From Armatimonadota bacterium (lineage in GTDB: Bacteria > Armatimonadota > UBA10988), in NCBI GenBank assembly GCA_016235455.1, contig JACRKZ010000050.1, positions 1 through 32,733 of the forward strand: a stretch of 32,733 nucleotides of DNA, read 5' to 3'. Below are positions 1-9,466 of the stretch, one piece after another. A program made the translations under genes and the position numbers. Each line of letters begins with the position of its first letter. The first letter of the stretch is position 1. The notes under the pieces were generated by a model, which worked only from the letters and a program-made list of their open reading frames with translations, was not told the DNA's origin and ran no database searches.

Positions 1-342
1 CACGGTGGCCCAGTCTTCGTCGGTGACCGGCTCGCCAGCCAGCGCCTTGGTGCGCAGGGCCGTCAGCGCGGCGATGACCTCGGGCGCGTTCTCCTGCGAC
101 TCGATGTTGGCCAGCAGCGCCGGCACACCGTCCAGCGCGGTGATCCAGCTCTTGGCCTCGGCCGGCGACAACCCGATCGACCCGAGCCAGGCCAGCGTCT
201 CCACCTCGGCGCGCAAGGTGGCGGCGGACGGCTTGTCGGGCATGAGCGAGGCAGGCTGGGCCATCGCGGGCAGCGCGACGAGCAACAGCGCAGCGCTGGG
301 CAACAGCGCGACGACGGCGGACAGGCGGACGCGGATGGACAT
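1..342 (-). CDS. Secreted hypothetical protein (5' part; runs off the window)
   Basis: Not in the ORF track. Manual translation from ATG at 342 gives MSIRVRLSAVVALLPSAALLLVALPAMAQPASLMPDKP..., open to position 1, with a signal peptide (AMA|Q) and an AAGGAG RBS upstream. Confidence 0.75.
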   Translation of the reverse strand, partial: MSIRVRLSAVVALLPSAALLLVALPAMAQPASLMPDKPSAATLRAEVETLAWLGSIGLSPAEAKSWITALDGVPALLANIESQENAPEVIAALTALRTKALAGEPVTDEDWATV

Positions 343-389
343 GGCCGGGCTCCTTGTGGTGACAGTATGCGACATCGGCGCGGAGTCCT

Positions 390-2183
390 CTAGGGCTGGG
401 CGCCGCGCAGGCGTTGGTAGGCGGCGTCGAGCTGGGCCAGCGCCACATCCATCGTGTCTAGGCCGGGCCGGAAGACCATGGGCCCTGCCTCGCGCCAAGC
501 CGGCAGGGCGATCGGCGCCAGTTGGCGGGTGGTCACCGACCATGCGTACAGACCGCGGTTGGTCAGAGCCAGGATCCCGCCGCCGGGCGCCGCGCCGTGC
601 AGTGTGGCGCCCGGCTCCCGCAGCGGCGCCGGCAATGCCACCGCCTGCTGGCCGCCATCGGCCGGGTCGACCAGCCAGCAGCGCCGCACACCGTTGGCCG
701 TCTCGGTCATCAGGCAGCGGCTATTCGGTCCGTCGGCGATCCAGGCCACGGGCTCAACCCGCGTGTCCGCGGCGAAGGCGACGTGGCGGTCGGGCTGGCC
801 CTGGGTCAGGTCGGCCAGGACAAGTCGCTCATCGACCGCGTAGGCCAGCCATCGGCCACGGGGATCGCCGCGCAGGCCCATCGGCCGGTGGTTGTGCTGG
901 GCGAGGCAGCGCACGACCCGACCCGGGTCGGCCAGGTCGCGGACCTCCACCACGTAGCCCGCGCGCGGGCGGTCGCGCGTAGCGCAGGCGATGGTTGCGC
1001 TACCAACCATGTCCGCGGCGCGGACGTTCGGCACCGTCACCGTCGCTCCGTCGCGCTGCGAACAGACATGCAGCCCGTCATCGCTGATCAGCAGCACCTT
1101 GCCGTCAGCCAGAGCGGCCCCAGCATAGCGGGCGGCCCGGCCGAGCGCGTGGCGTAGCCATTGGGCCTGGCCGTCGCGAACCACATAGACCACGTCGTCC
1201 GTGGGGCGCCACCAGGGGTAGGCCGCGCTGGGATGGCGGGCGGTGAAGACGATGCCGTCCGGCGACCAGCGCGGCTCGCGGACGCTGGGCGCAAGCGCCT
1301 CGGCCTCGGGCGCCGCGCGGCTCAGCCACACCCGCGCCGCGGCGGCGAGCGCTCGCATCGGGCCGGGGTCGGGCAAGGCCTGGACCTTGCCGTTCAAAGC
1401 GTCGATCTTGACCAACGCGGTCTGCGCACCAGCGCGCAGGCCGGCGACCGGGTCAGCGGCATCGCTCAGCATGACGTACCAACGCGGCGCCTCAGTCAGG
1501 CTGGCGCCGCCGTCGGTGCCCACCAGCGCCAGGGCCGCGCCGCGCGCTGCTTTCGGCGTCGAGGCAGCCGCCTCGCGGCGCGCGATGCGCAGGGCCTCGT
1601 CGCGGCTGGTCCGCGGCTTCCAGCCGGCGGGCACCAACGGCTGCGAGCGGCTCAAGCTGGCCACCCGGCGACCCCAGGGCCAGAGCTGCCCGTAGGTGCG
1701 CAACTCAACTCCCGGCGCCGGCTGCGCCGACAGCTCGTAGACCACGGTCTCCAGCTCGCCCGGCGCCGCCTGTTCGCGGGCGATGCGCGCGCTGACCGGG
1801 CCGCCGAAGTCGGGCCACAGGCGGCGCGCGGCGCGGATCAACAGATCCGCCCCGGCGCGGGCCGTCCAATGCGGGCTGAGCGCCTCGCGCCAAGCGACTC
1901 GCTCGGGCAGCCAGTCCTGCCCTGGGCGGCCGCCGTCCACCGCCAGATCGTCCATGGCGCCGAAGGCCATCCACAGGCCTTGGGACTGCGCGGCGCGGCC
2001 GACCGGTTGGTTGTGCCACGAGATGGCGTGCAACTGCCAGCCGCTCGGGCCAACGGGCAGAACCCGCATGTCCAGCGGCCCCGGCGGCACGAGGAACAGG
2101 TCGCCACTCAGCAGCTCGCGCGGGGCCTCGGCGTCGCACGCAGCAACGGCGGCCAACAGTGATACAACCACCCACCTGAGCAT
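390..2183 (-). CDS. Putative lipoprotein with a PepSY-like segment and TolB/WD40-like beta-propeller repeats
   Basis: 597-aa ORF. Lipobox-like AVAAC; PepSY-like TSRDEALRIA...VKIDALNGKV; TolB-like EPRWSPDG and GDPRGRWLAY. Confidence 0.6.
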   Translation of the reverse strand: MLRWVVVSLLAAVAACDAEAPRELLSGDLFLVPPGPLDMRVLPVGPSGWQLHAISWHNQPVGRAAQSQGLWMAFGAMDDLAVDGGRPGQDWLPERVAWREALSPHWTARAGADLLIRAARRLWPDFGGPVSARIAREQAAPGELETVVYELSAQPAPGVELRTYGQLWPWGRRVASLSRSQPLVPAGWKPRTSRDEALRIARREAAASTPKAARGAALALVGTDGGASLTEAPRWYVMLSDAADPVAGLRAGAQTALVKIDALNGKVQALPDPGPMRALAAAARVWLSRAAPEAEALAPSVREPRWSPDGIVFTARHPSAAYPWWRPTDDVVYVVRDGQAQWLRHALGRAARYAGAALADGKVLLISDDGLHVCSQRDGATVTVPNVRAADMVGSATIACATRDRPRAGYVVEVRDLADPGRVVRCLAQHNHRPMGLRGDPRGRWLAYAVDERLVLADLTQGQPDRHVAFAADTRVEPVAWIADGPNSRCLMTETANGVRRCWLVDPADGGQQAVALPAPLREPGATLHGAAPGGGILALTNRGLYAWSVTTRQLAPIALPAWREAGPMVFRPGLDTMDVALAQLDAAYQRLRGAQP

Positions 2184-2249
2184 GGTCCACCCCTTGGCAC
2201 GCGGACGCGGGCGTCCGCGCTCCCAGGTGCGCGGTCGGCGGGCGGATTC

Positions 2250-2520
2250 CTGCGGCTACGTCGATCTTGCATCAAGCCGCACGGCGGTCGGGTCGAGCGT
2301 GAGACGCTTGCCCTCGACCCGCTTGACCGGCCATCGGCCCAGGCTGAAGCGGCCGACGCCGCTGTACGACCGTGGCGTCCTGGGCCGGAATGGGCTGGCG
2401 CACGTGCGCTCCAACGGCCCCGGCGGCCGCAGGAACAGGTCGTCCGTGACCGGATCCCGCGCCACCACCCACCTGAACATCATCTACCCCACGATGCGGG
2501 TGAGGGCGCCCGCGACCCGA
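2250..2520 (-). pseudogene. Chimeric gene relic: diverged 5' end of the 390-2183 gene fused to a diverged 3' end of the GH44 gene
   Basis: 2256-2398 aligns by eye with ~3429-3585, and ~2410-2518 with ~2071-2224, both with small deletions. The 75-aa ORF 2256-2483 contains FRWVV..DLFLRPPGPL (cf. LRWVV..DLFLVPPGPL) and YSGVGRFSLGRWPVKRVEG (cf. YSGVDRFSLGQWPARRVEG). Confidence 0.85.
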
Positions 2521-2523
2521 CCG

Positions 2524-3411
2524 CTACTGCGGCGCCACCTCGCCATCCCACACCGTCACCCGGTACTTCAGTGTCACCGGCTTGCCCTTCTCCAACACGG
2601 TCGGCGTCAGCGCCGGCCAGGAGGGGTTGAGGAAGCCAAAGCCGTGGCGCAGCAGCCAGCCGGTCTTGGGATAGCCGGGATTGGTGGGGTCGTCGTCGAT
2701 GCGGCCGCCGGCGGGTCGGCCCTTGAAGGTGCCGGTGACCTGCGCCCAGGCCGCCTGGGCCAGCACGCCGTCGTCCTTCTGCACGCCCTGGTCGGTGGTG
2801 ATGACGGTCTTGGCCGCGCCACCATCCCGAGGGGCGAAGCGGAAGCAGAATCCGCCGAAGCCCTTCTTGCCCTCGGCGGTGCCGACGATGGTCACCGGCT
2901 CGTCCAGCGCCTCCTCGGTGATCACGAAGTCCATCACCCGCTGTGGGCCCTCGGCGGCGTGGACGGTGATGGCCACCGTCTCCTTGACGAAGCGCTTGTC
3001 GCCGTCATACCAGCCGTTCTCCACGCTGAGCAGGGCGGTCTTGTCGCCAGTCTCGCGGGCCAGCCAGGCCACGTGCTTGAGCTGGAAGCCGGCCAGCGTC
3101 CAGATGTCGCCCTTCTTGCCACCGACGGTGATGTCCTGCCACATCCAGGAGATGCCGCGATGGTGAGGGTGGTCGGGGTTGAAATCGTCGGTGATGACCG
3201 TGCCGGCAGGCGTGCAGACCGGCGCCAGATAGCACCCGCGCCGACGGTTCTCGGCGGTGCCGTTGGCCAGGATCTGGCCGTAGTTGTAGACGAATACCCG
3301 GCGGCCGCCTTCGGTCAACTCCAGGCCGGTGCCGTCCACCTCCGCATACGCAAAGGGCGACGGACCCGCCCACGGCAGGCAGGCCAGCATTACCACGGTC
3401 AATCCAGACAT
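2524..3411 (-). CDS. Secreted DUF6807/PmoA-like family protein
   Basis: Motifs YLAPVCTPAG-VITDD, DHPHHRGISWMW and KGFGGFCFR. Start moved to ATG 3411 (AAGGAG 7 nt upstream, signal peptide, no overlap with the upstream gene). Confidence 0.7.
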   Translation of the reverse strand: MSGLTVVMLACLPWAGPSPFAYAEVDGTGLELTEGGRRVFVYNYGQILANGTAENRRRGCYLAPVCTPAGTVITDDFNPDHPHHRGISWMWQDITVGGKKGDIWTLAGFQLKHVAWLARETGDKTALLSVENGWYDGDKRFVKETVAITVHAAEGPQRVMDFVITEEALDEPVTIVGTAEGKKGFGGFCFRFAPRDGGAAKTVITTDQGVQKDDGVLAQAAWAQVTGTFKGRPAGGRIDDDPTNPGYPKTGWLLRHGFGFLNPSWPALTPTVLEKGKPVTLKYRVTVWDGEVAPQ

Positions 3412-3428
3412 CACCACGCTCCTTGCAG

Positions 3429-6400
3429 CTACTTCGATCTTACATCCAGGCGCACCGCGCTCATGGCTGGTACGTCGAGCGCGACGGTCCGGCCCTCGAC
3501 CCGCCTGGCCGGCCATTGGCCCAGGCTGAAGCGGTCGACGCCGCTGTACTCCCAGACCGTGGCGTCCTGGGCCGGGATGGGCTGGGCCAGGCGCAGCGTG
3601 ACCCGGGCGTCCTTGGCCGCGCGGGTGTTGATCAGCACGAACGACAGCCGGCCGTCGGCCGCGCGGTAGGTGTGGACCGAGACATCCGTCGGCGCGGAGC
3701 AGGTGGACGGCAGGTACTGCTCGCCCACGGCGGTGTGCTTCCCGTCGGGGTTGCGTAGCAGCTTGTAGGCGAACCAGTGCGAGCTGTTGGGGGTCGGGAA
3801 GAGCCAGAGGAAGGCGTAGTCGAGGCCCTCGCGGGCGAACACGCCGAGCAACTCGGCCTGCGCCACGCCGCCTGAGACGTCCTGCTCACCGCCGAAGTTG
3901 TACTCGCCCAGGCTCGTCTGCAGGCCCGGATAGCACTCATCGACCCAGGAGCGCATGAGCCGCAGCAACTGGATCCGGCCGCCCGTCTCCTTGCCCATCC
4001 AACTGGGGTCCTTCCAGGTCGGATCCCACATCACCCGCGTCTCCTGCACCCGCGCCTCCATGGTCTTCGGGTCGCCCGGCGCGCCGGCCATGTAGATGCC
4101 GGTCTGCGGGTAGAAGTGCAGATCGAAGATGTCCAACAGGCGTTGGCCGGTCTTCTGCTCGTGCTCGCGCAGCCGGGTCAGATACCATTTGGCCAGCGGC
4201 ACCTTGCCGTGAGCGACGTAGTCCGGCGGAGCATCCCAGGTGCCCTGGCCCTGCTCCACGGCGGCGCGGTCGAGCCCGGAGAAGAAGTACGCCGTCCAAC
4301 CCCAGAAGGTTGGGCCCGCGATCTTCACGCTGGGATCGATGCCGCGGATCAGCCTGGCGTAGTCGGTGGTGCGCTGGAGGAAGGCGTCGTAGCCCAGCGG
4401 CTCGGTGACCATGCCGCGGTGGGTGCTCTGCCAGAGCATCGGCTCGTTGTCCAGCGCAACCACCTTGATGCCGCCCTTGTCGGCTGGGCCGTAGCCCAGC
4501 TTGTCGATCATGAACCGTAGGAACTCGGTTTGCTCCTCGGGCGTGACCGCCACCGACGTGTCGTCGGGGTTGGCCCGCACGTCGCGCAGCACGCGCTTGC
4601 CGTCCTTGTCCAGCACGAAGGCGCCGGCGGCGTCCTTGACGTACTGCCGCCCATTGCCGGCGTTGGGGTGCGGATCGGTGGGCTGCGAGCGGCCGGCCCA
4701 GGACTCCTGGTCCGGGTATTTGCCCGTGTCGAACGCAACCGACGTGCCGTCCTTGGCCACGCGGCCCATGCTGGGCAGCGTCAGGTAGCTCTGCAGGCCC
4801 GCAGCCTTGTTCTCGCCGTGAAAGCGCGCCAGCCAGGTGGCTTCGGGCGGCGTGTCGACGCCCTCGTTCTGGTAGTACCAGTCAGCGCCCTTGCTGCCGA
4901 AGCCGTGCCGCCAGTTGAACGGGCTGACCGGGTTGCCGCCGGCCCGGAGCATGGTCAGCCCGGCTTCCACGGCCGCCTTGCGGTCACCCATGGCCGCGGC
5001 ATAGATGAATGGGCTGACCGGCCGGCCCGGCGCGGCCGGGTCGATGTCGGCCGTCACGGTAGCGGCATCGGCGGCCAGCGCCCGCGGCGTACGCGGCAAC
5101 GGCGCGACCACCCACTGCGTGTGCAGCCGCGCGGCGCGGTTGTCGAAGCCGATGTCGTCGATCAGCAGGCTGAAGGCGCGCGCCTGCGGCTCCCAGCCGC
5201 GGATCTGCAGCTCCCAGGCTTTGCGCGGGTCGAAGTTGGTCTTCTTGGCGGCGTAGATGTCGGCCAGCGGGATGACCACCTCGTGCCACTGACCGAAGTC
5301 ATGCGGCGCGTCGGCGATGAGCCTGGCCCAGAAGCTGAGGTTGCGGTAGGTGCGGATGTCGACGCCGGCGTCGGCCGGCCACCAGCCGTACCAGTTCCAG
5401 CCACAGCCGATGTAGCCGCTGCCCTCGCCATGGAACTCCAGCGCCACCTTGCCCTCGTGCGTCTCGTCGCTCTGGGCGCGCAGGAAGTTGAGCCCGCCCG
5501 GCGGCGAGCACCAGCCCAGTCCGCCGCCCAGGCGTTCGCCGTCCCATACGGTGCGCTTGTCGTCGCGCGCGGCCACGGCCAGCGGCAGCGCCTGGCTGCT
5601 CAACCCACCCTTGTCGTCCTCGGCGATGATGCCGATGACGCGCGTGCCCGGCGCCAGCGGCTGGGCCAGGGCGAAGCGGTTGCCATAGGTCTTGTCACCG
5701 GCCTCACCGTCATCGTGCCGGCCGTCATCGAGCAGCGGCAGGTCGCCGCCACCCACCGCGCTCAAGTCGGCCCACACGCGCCGCAGCCCGCCGCGCCGCG
5801 TGGTGGCCGTGCCCGACAGCCACAAGGGCGCGCCGGTCTCGCCTTCCATCACGCTCAGCGGGTTGATCGCCGCGGCCAGCAGCAACGGGCCGCCCTTGGT
5901 CCACATCAGCCGGCCACGATACAGCCCGGCCCGGCCCAGGCCCAGGTAGACGGTGCGGCCGTCGCCCGCGGCCGTCCAGGCCGTGGCCACACGCACGTGG
6001 GCGAAGGGGTCGACCGCGTTGGCGATGCGCAACACCGATCGGGCCGGCGCGGGCACCTGCGTCTGCAGGCCGCCGGTCACGTCGGACCACGACTGACCAT
6101 AGTTGTCGCTCATCTCGACGGTGAAGATGCGGTCGTCGGTGCCCCACACCGGCTGCCGGTTCTCGCGGAACACCACCTCGCCCGCACTGCCCAACATGCG
6201 CGTGTGCTGCTCCATGGTGTAGTTCCAGGTGCGGCCGCCGTCGGCGCTCTTGGAGAAGCCGTGGTGCTTGCTGGTGAACAGCACTTCGCCCACCTGGGCC
6301 GTGGGCAAAGGCGCCGGGAAGTAGTCCACCGAGCCCGAGCCCGCCTGCCAGCTGGCGCCGGCATCGGCGGTCCACAGGATGCCGTCCTGCTCCCGCGAGG

Positions 6401-6917
6401 CCAGCACCCAGCGCTGCGCGTCGATAGCCAGCGGGTACTGCCCCTTGACCTCGCGCGGCAGGGCCGACGGCAGCCACGTGGCCCCGGCGTCACGGCTGAC
6501 TAGGAGCTCCTGGCCCGCTTTAGCTCCGGCCAGGACGAGTCTGGGATCGGCGGCGGAGAAGACCAGACTGGCCACCGACGCGGGGCTGACCTTGGTCCAG
6601 GTGCGCCCGCTGTCGGCCGAACGCAGCAGCCCGCCCGCCTGCTCGGCGGCGAGGATGACACCCGCTTGGGCCGGCGAGCCGGCGAGGGCCACGGGCGAGG
6701 TCAGGGCCAGCCGCGCCCAGTGGTCGCCGCTGTCGACCGAGAGCTGGGCGACGCCGTCGACCAGCGCCAGCACCACGCCCGGCGCGCCGCTGGCCAGTTC
6801 GGTCACACCGCGACCGTCGCCCAACGGCAACGGCCGCGGTTCCCAGCGCAGATAGCCGGCGCCGCGCGCCAGCGAGACGCAGCACAGTACGAGCAACAGC
6901 AGACCGCGACGAGCCAT
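3429..6917 (-). CDS. Multidomain glycoside hydrolase family 44 (endoglucanase/xyloglucanase-like) with N-terminal BNR beta-propeller and CBM-like module
   Basis: GH44 motifs LRAGGN, LDNEPMLWQSTHR (acid/base Glu), DLHFYPQ, GEYNFGG (nucleophile Glu). Asp-box repeats SVDSGDHW, SADSGRTW, SRDAGATW, SADGGRTW, SDNYGQSW. LLDDGRHDDGEAGDKTY motif. Signal peptide. Confidence 0.85.
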   Translation of the reverse strand: MARRGLLLLVLCCVSLARGAGYLRWEPRPLPLGDGRGVTELASGAPGVVLALVDGVAQLSVDSGDHWARLALTSPVALAGSPAQAGVILAAEQAGGLLRSADSGRTWTKVSPASVASLVFSAADPRLVLAGAKAGQELLVSRDAGATWLPSALPREVKGQYPLAIDAQRWVLASREQDGILWTADAGASWQAGSGSVDYFPAPLPTAQVGEVLFTSKHHGFSKSADGGRTWNYTMEQHTRMLGSAGEVVFRENRQPVWGTDDRIFTVEMSDNYGQSWSDVTGGLQTQVPAPARSVLRIANAVDPFAHVRVATAWTAAGDGRTVYLGLGRAGLYRGRLMWTKGGPLLLAAAINPLSVMEGETGAPLWLSGTATTRRGGLRRVWADLSAVGGGDLPLLDDGRHDDGEAGDKTYGNRFALAQPLAPGTRVIGIIAEDDKGGLSSQALPLAVAARDDKRTVWDGERLGGGLGWCSPPGGLNFLRAQSDETHEGKVALEFHGEGSGYIGCGWNWYGWWPADAGVDIRTYRNLSFWARLIADAPHDFGQWHEVVIPLADIYAAKKTNFDPRKAWELQIRGWEPQARAFSLLIDDIGFDNRAARLHTQWVVAPLPRTPRALAADAATVTADIDPAAPGRPVSPFIYAAAMGDRKAAVEAGLTMLRAGGNPVSPFNWRHGFGSKGADWYYQNEGVDTPPEATWLARFHGENKAAGLQSYLTLPSMGRVAKDGTSVAFDTGKYPDQESWAGRSQPTDPHPNAGNGRQYVKDAAGAFVLDKDGKRVLRDVRANPDDTSVAVTPEEQTEFLRFMIDKLGYGPADKGGIKVVALDNEPMLWQSTHRGMVTEPLGYDAFLQRTTDYARLIRGIDPSVKIAGPTFWGWTAYFFSGLDRAAVEQGQGTWDAPPDYVAHGKVPLAKWYLTRLREHEQKTGQRLLDIFDLHFYPQTGIYMAGAPGDPKTMEARVQETRVMWDPTWKDPSWMGKETGGRIQLLRLMRSWVDECYPGLQTSLGEYNFGGEQDVSGGVAQAELLGVFAREGLDYAFLWLFPTPNSSHWFAYKLLRNPDGKHTAVGEQYLPSTCSAPTDVSVHTYRAADGRLSFVLINTRAAKDARVTLRLAQPIPAQDATVWEYSGVDRFSLGQWPARRVEGRTVALDVPAMSAVRLDVRSK

Positions 6918-6998
6918 GGCCCTCTCCGAGGCGTCACCAAGCTATTCGATGCGCCGCGCCGAGGTCCTACCGCGGATCATGCATCGCTCAATGAGTCT

Positions 6999-8057
6999 CT
7001 AGCCGTGGGGCAGTTTGGCCGGGCGGATCATCTTGCTGTTGCCCACCCAGAAGCCCTCGAACGGCGGCGCCTTGGGCGCCGTGCCAGGCGCGCCGAGCTT
7101 GGCCAACACGCTCAACTCGTAGATGCGGGCCATGTTCTTGGCTTTGTAGTCGGGCGTGGTGATAGCCAGAACAATGGGCAGGCGCCATTGGGTGACCTGG
7201 CCAAAGACGTTGGTCTCGGCCACCTTCCACTCACCGCGCACGGCCACGGCCAGCACGGTGATCTTGCGCTCGCTGCCACCCCAGGTCTTCTCCGCAGCGA
7301 AGTAGTCGAGCGCCGCCTTGGCCAGCTGGCTGGTGCTGCCCGGCCCGCCGAACTCGGCCACGTGGCCCGGCCACACCGTGGCGTCGGCCTCCTGCTCGAT
7401 GCTGCGCACCGCGGTGGCAACCACCTGGTCGATGAGCGCCGCCTGCGCGTGCGCCTCGGCGCTGTTGGGATCCAGCTTGACCGCGAAGCCGAGCAGCGCC
7501 TTCCACTTCTCGGCCTGCTTGACCCGCACGTCGGGCGTGTAGAAGGTGATGGCGGGCATGGCCTTGACGTAGTCCACCAGGTACGTCGCGCTGGCCCGGC
7601 GGGTGCGACCGATGCTGTTGAGGCCTTTGAACAGCCGGCTGAAGGCGCGCGATCCGTCGTCGCGCCGGGCGGCCTTGAGCTCCCAGAAGCGGGTGTCGAC
7701 CGCGTTCTCGGTCTTGATCTCCCAGTTGGTGTCGGCGGGATCCTGAGCCGCCCCGTAGCGTTCGACAATCTGGGCCAGCACGGGCTGCACCGCCGGCACC
7801 GCCTCCTTCTCCACCTCGGCCAGGTTGCTCAGCAGCTTCTCGGCTTTGCCGATCATGCCTTCCTCGGTGGTCTCGTGGACCATGGCGCCGCCGGTGAAGG
7901 CGCCGAGCTGCTCGGCGTACTTGCCGCTCAACTCGATGAGCTTGTCGATGTCGGCATTCACCTGCTCGGGCGTGGGATCGGCCGCCAGGGCCGCCGTGGC
8001 GCAGACCAGCGCGAGAGCGGCCAGCAGCCAGCCGCGGCGAGTGGCATTGGGTTTCAT
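6999..8057 (-). CDS. Secreted hypothetical protein (possible Tat signal)
   Basis: Start moved to ATG 8057 (AGGAGG RBS). MKPNATRRGWLLAALALVCATAALA|AD; strong GC3 codon bias; no recognised catalytic motif. Confidence 0.75.
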   Translation of the reverse strand: MKPNATRRGWLLAALALVCATAALAADPTPEQVNADIDKLIELSGKYAEQLGAFTGGAMVHETTEEGMIGKAEKLLSNLAEVEKEAVPAVQPVLAQIVERYGAAQDPADTNWEIKTENAVDTRFWELKAARRDDGSRAFSRLFKGLNSIGRTRRASATYLVDYVKAMPAITFYTPDVRVKQAEKWKALLGFAVKLDPNSAEAHAQAALIDQVVATAVRSIEQEADATVWPGHVAEFGGPGSTSQLAKAALDYFAAEKTWGGSERKITVLAVAVRGEWKVAETNVFGQVTQWRLPIVLAITTPDYKAKNMARIYELSVLAKLGAPGTAPKAPPFEGFWVGNSKMIRPAKLPHG

Positions 8058-8205
8058 CGGTTCCCTCCTGGTGTGAGCCGCGCCTGTGGCGTCATGGCGC
8101 GATGCAGTTGAGTGTAGCGCAACCGCGACCCGCCCGCCACCGCATCCGCGGGGGCCTGTGGCGCGACGGCGTGTGCTATCCTCGGGCGCGGGAGGAGATT
8201 GAACC

Positions 8206-9429
8206 ATGAAGACCGTGCTATCCGCGCTGCTGGCGCTGGGTGTGCTGGCGAGCGCGGCCTGTGCCGAGCCGTTGCCGTTCACGGGGGTGAACCTGGCCAG
8301 CGGTGAGTTCTATGGGCCCAAGCCCGACGTGCGGCCAATCTACGGCAAGAACTTCATCTATCCCGGCGTGGCCGAGTACGCCTACTTCGCGTGGCACGGC
8401 GCCAACGTGTTCCGCGTGCCGTTCCTGTGGGAGACCATCCAGCCGCAAGCCAACGGCGACCTGGACCCGGAGATGCTGGGCCACCTCAAGGACGCTGTCA
8501 AGCTGGCCACCGACAAGGGCCTCGTGGTGGAGTTGGACCCGCACAACTACGCGCGCTACTACGGCAAGGTGTTGGGCACGCCCGAGGCGCCCGCGGCCAT
8601 GTTCGCCGACTTCTGGGCCAAGCTGGCCACCGCGTTCAAGGATGACCCGCGCGTCTGGTTCCAGCTCGTCAACGAGCCCCATGGCATCTCGGCGGCGGCC
8701 TGGTTCGATGTGGCCAACGAGGCGGTGCAGGCCATTCGCAAGACCGGCGCCACCAACCTGATCCTGCTGCCCGGCACGGCCTATAGCGGCGCGCATTCGT
8801 GGCAGGCGGACTGGTACGGCGGAGCCAACTCGGCGTCGGTGACCAAGGTCAAGGACCCCATCGACCACATGGTCATCGAGGTGCACCAGTACCTGGACGG
8901 CGACTCCAGCGGCACCAAGCCCGAGATCAAGAGCCCAACCATCGGCTCCGAGCGGCTCCGTGGCTTCGTCGCCTGGTGCCGCGCCAACAAGTACCGCGCC
9001 TTCCTGGGCGAGTTCGCGGTGCCCGCGAGCGAGGCCGGCAAGGTGGCGCTCGAGGACATGCTGGCCAGCATGGAGGCCGACCGCGACGTGTGGCTGGGCT
9101 GGACCTGGTGGGCCGCCGGCGCCTGGTGGCCCGACAACTACATGTTCTCGCTCAAGCCCACCGGCGGCGACAAGGCGCAGACCAAGTGGCTCGTGCCGCA
9201 TCTGCGCGGCCGCGAGGCGGCGACCGTCAAGCTGGCGCTCGATGGCGCGGCGAGCAGCGGGCCCGCGGTCTGTGGCACCCGCCTCACGCTCAAGGCCGGC
9301 CCCGCGCCGGCTGGCAAGACGTTCGCCAAGTGGACCGGCGACGTCGCCTTCCTGGCCGACGCGACCAAGGCCGAGACCACGCTGACCGTGCCCTACCGTG
9401 ATCTGAGCCTGAAGGTGACTTGGCGCTGA
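8206..9429 (+). CDS. Glycoside hydrolase family 5 cellulase/endoglucanase with C-terminal bacterial-repeat (InlB B-repeat-like) domain
   Basis: GVNLASGEF, FRVPFLWE, DPHNY, VNEPH (acid/base), EVHQYLD, FLGEF (nucleophile), WTWWAAG; C-terminal GKTFAKWTGD; GGAG RBS; signal peptide. Confidence 0.92.
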   Translation: MKTVLSALLALGVLASAACAEPLPFTGVNLASGEFYGPKPDVRPIYGKNFIYPGVAEYAYFAWHGANVFRVPFLWETIQPQANGDLDPEMLGHLKDAVKLATDKGLVVELDPHNYARYYGKVLGTPEAPAAMFADFWAKLATAFKDDPRVWFQLVNEPHGISAAAWFDVANEAVQAIRKTGATNLILLPGTAYSGAHSWQADWYGGANSASVTKVKDPIDHMVIEVHQYLDGDSSGTKPEIKSPTIGSERLRGFVAWCRANKYRAFLGEFAVPASEAGKVALEDMLASMEADRDVWLGWTWWAAGAWWPDNYMFSLKPTGGDKAQTKWLVPHLRGREAATVKLALDGAASSGPAVCGTRLTLKAGPAPAGKTFAKWTGDVAFLADATKAETTLTVPYRDLSLKVTWR

Positions 9430-9466
9430 TCGCGAACTGAGCAAACGCTCCCGGAGTGTTTGCGCC

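Noticed and set aside
5-982. 325-aa plus-strand ORF
   Set aside because: Low-complexity Arg/Pro/Ser/Ala product lying opposite two better-supported minus-strand genes.
2524-3411. Particulate methane monooxygenase subunit
   Set aside because: The PmoA family label is nominal. The protein is soluble and secreted, and pmoB/pmoC are absent.
2256-3590. Diversity-generating retroelement TR/VR pair (repeat of the GH44 3' end)
   Set aside because: Mismatches are not adenine-specific, there are indels, and no reverse transcriptase gene is in the window.
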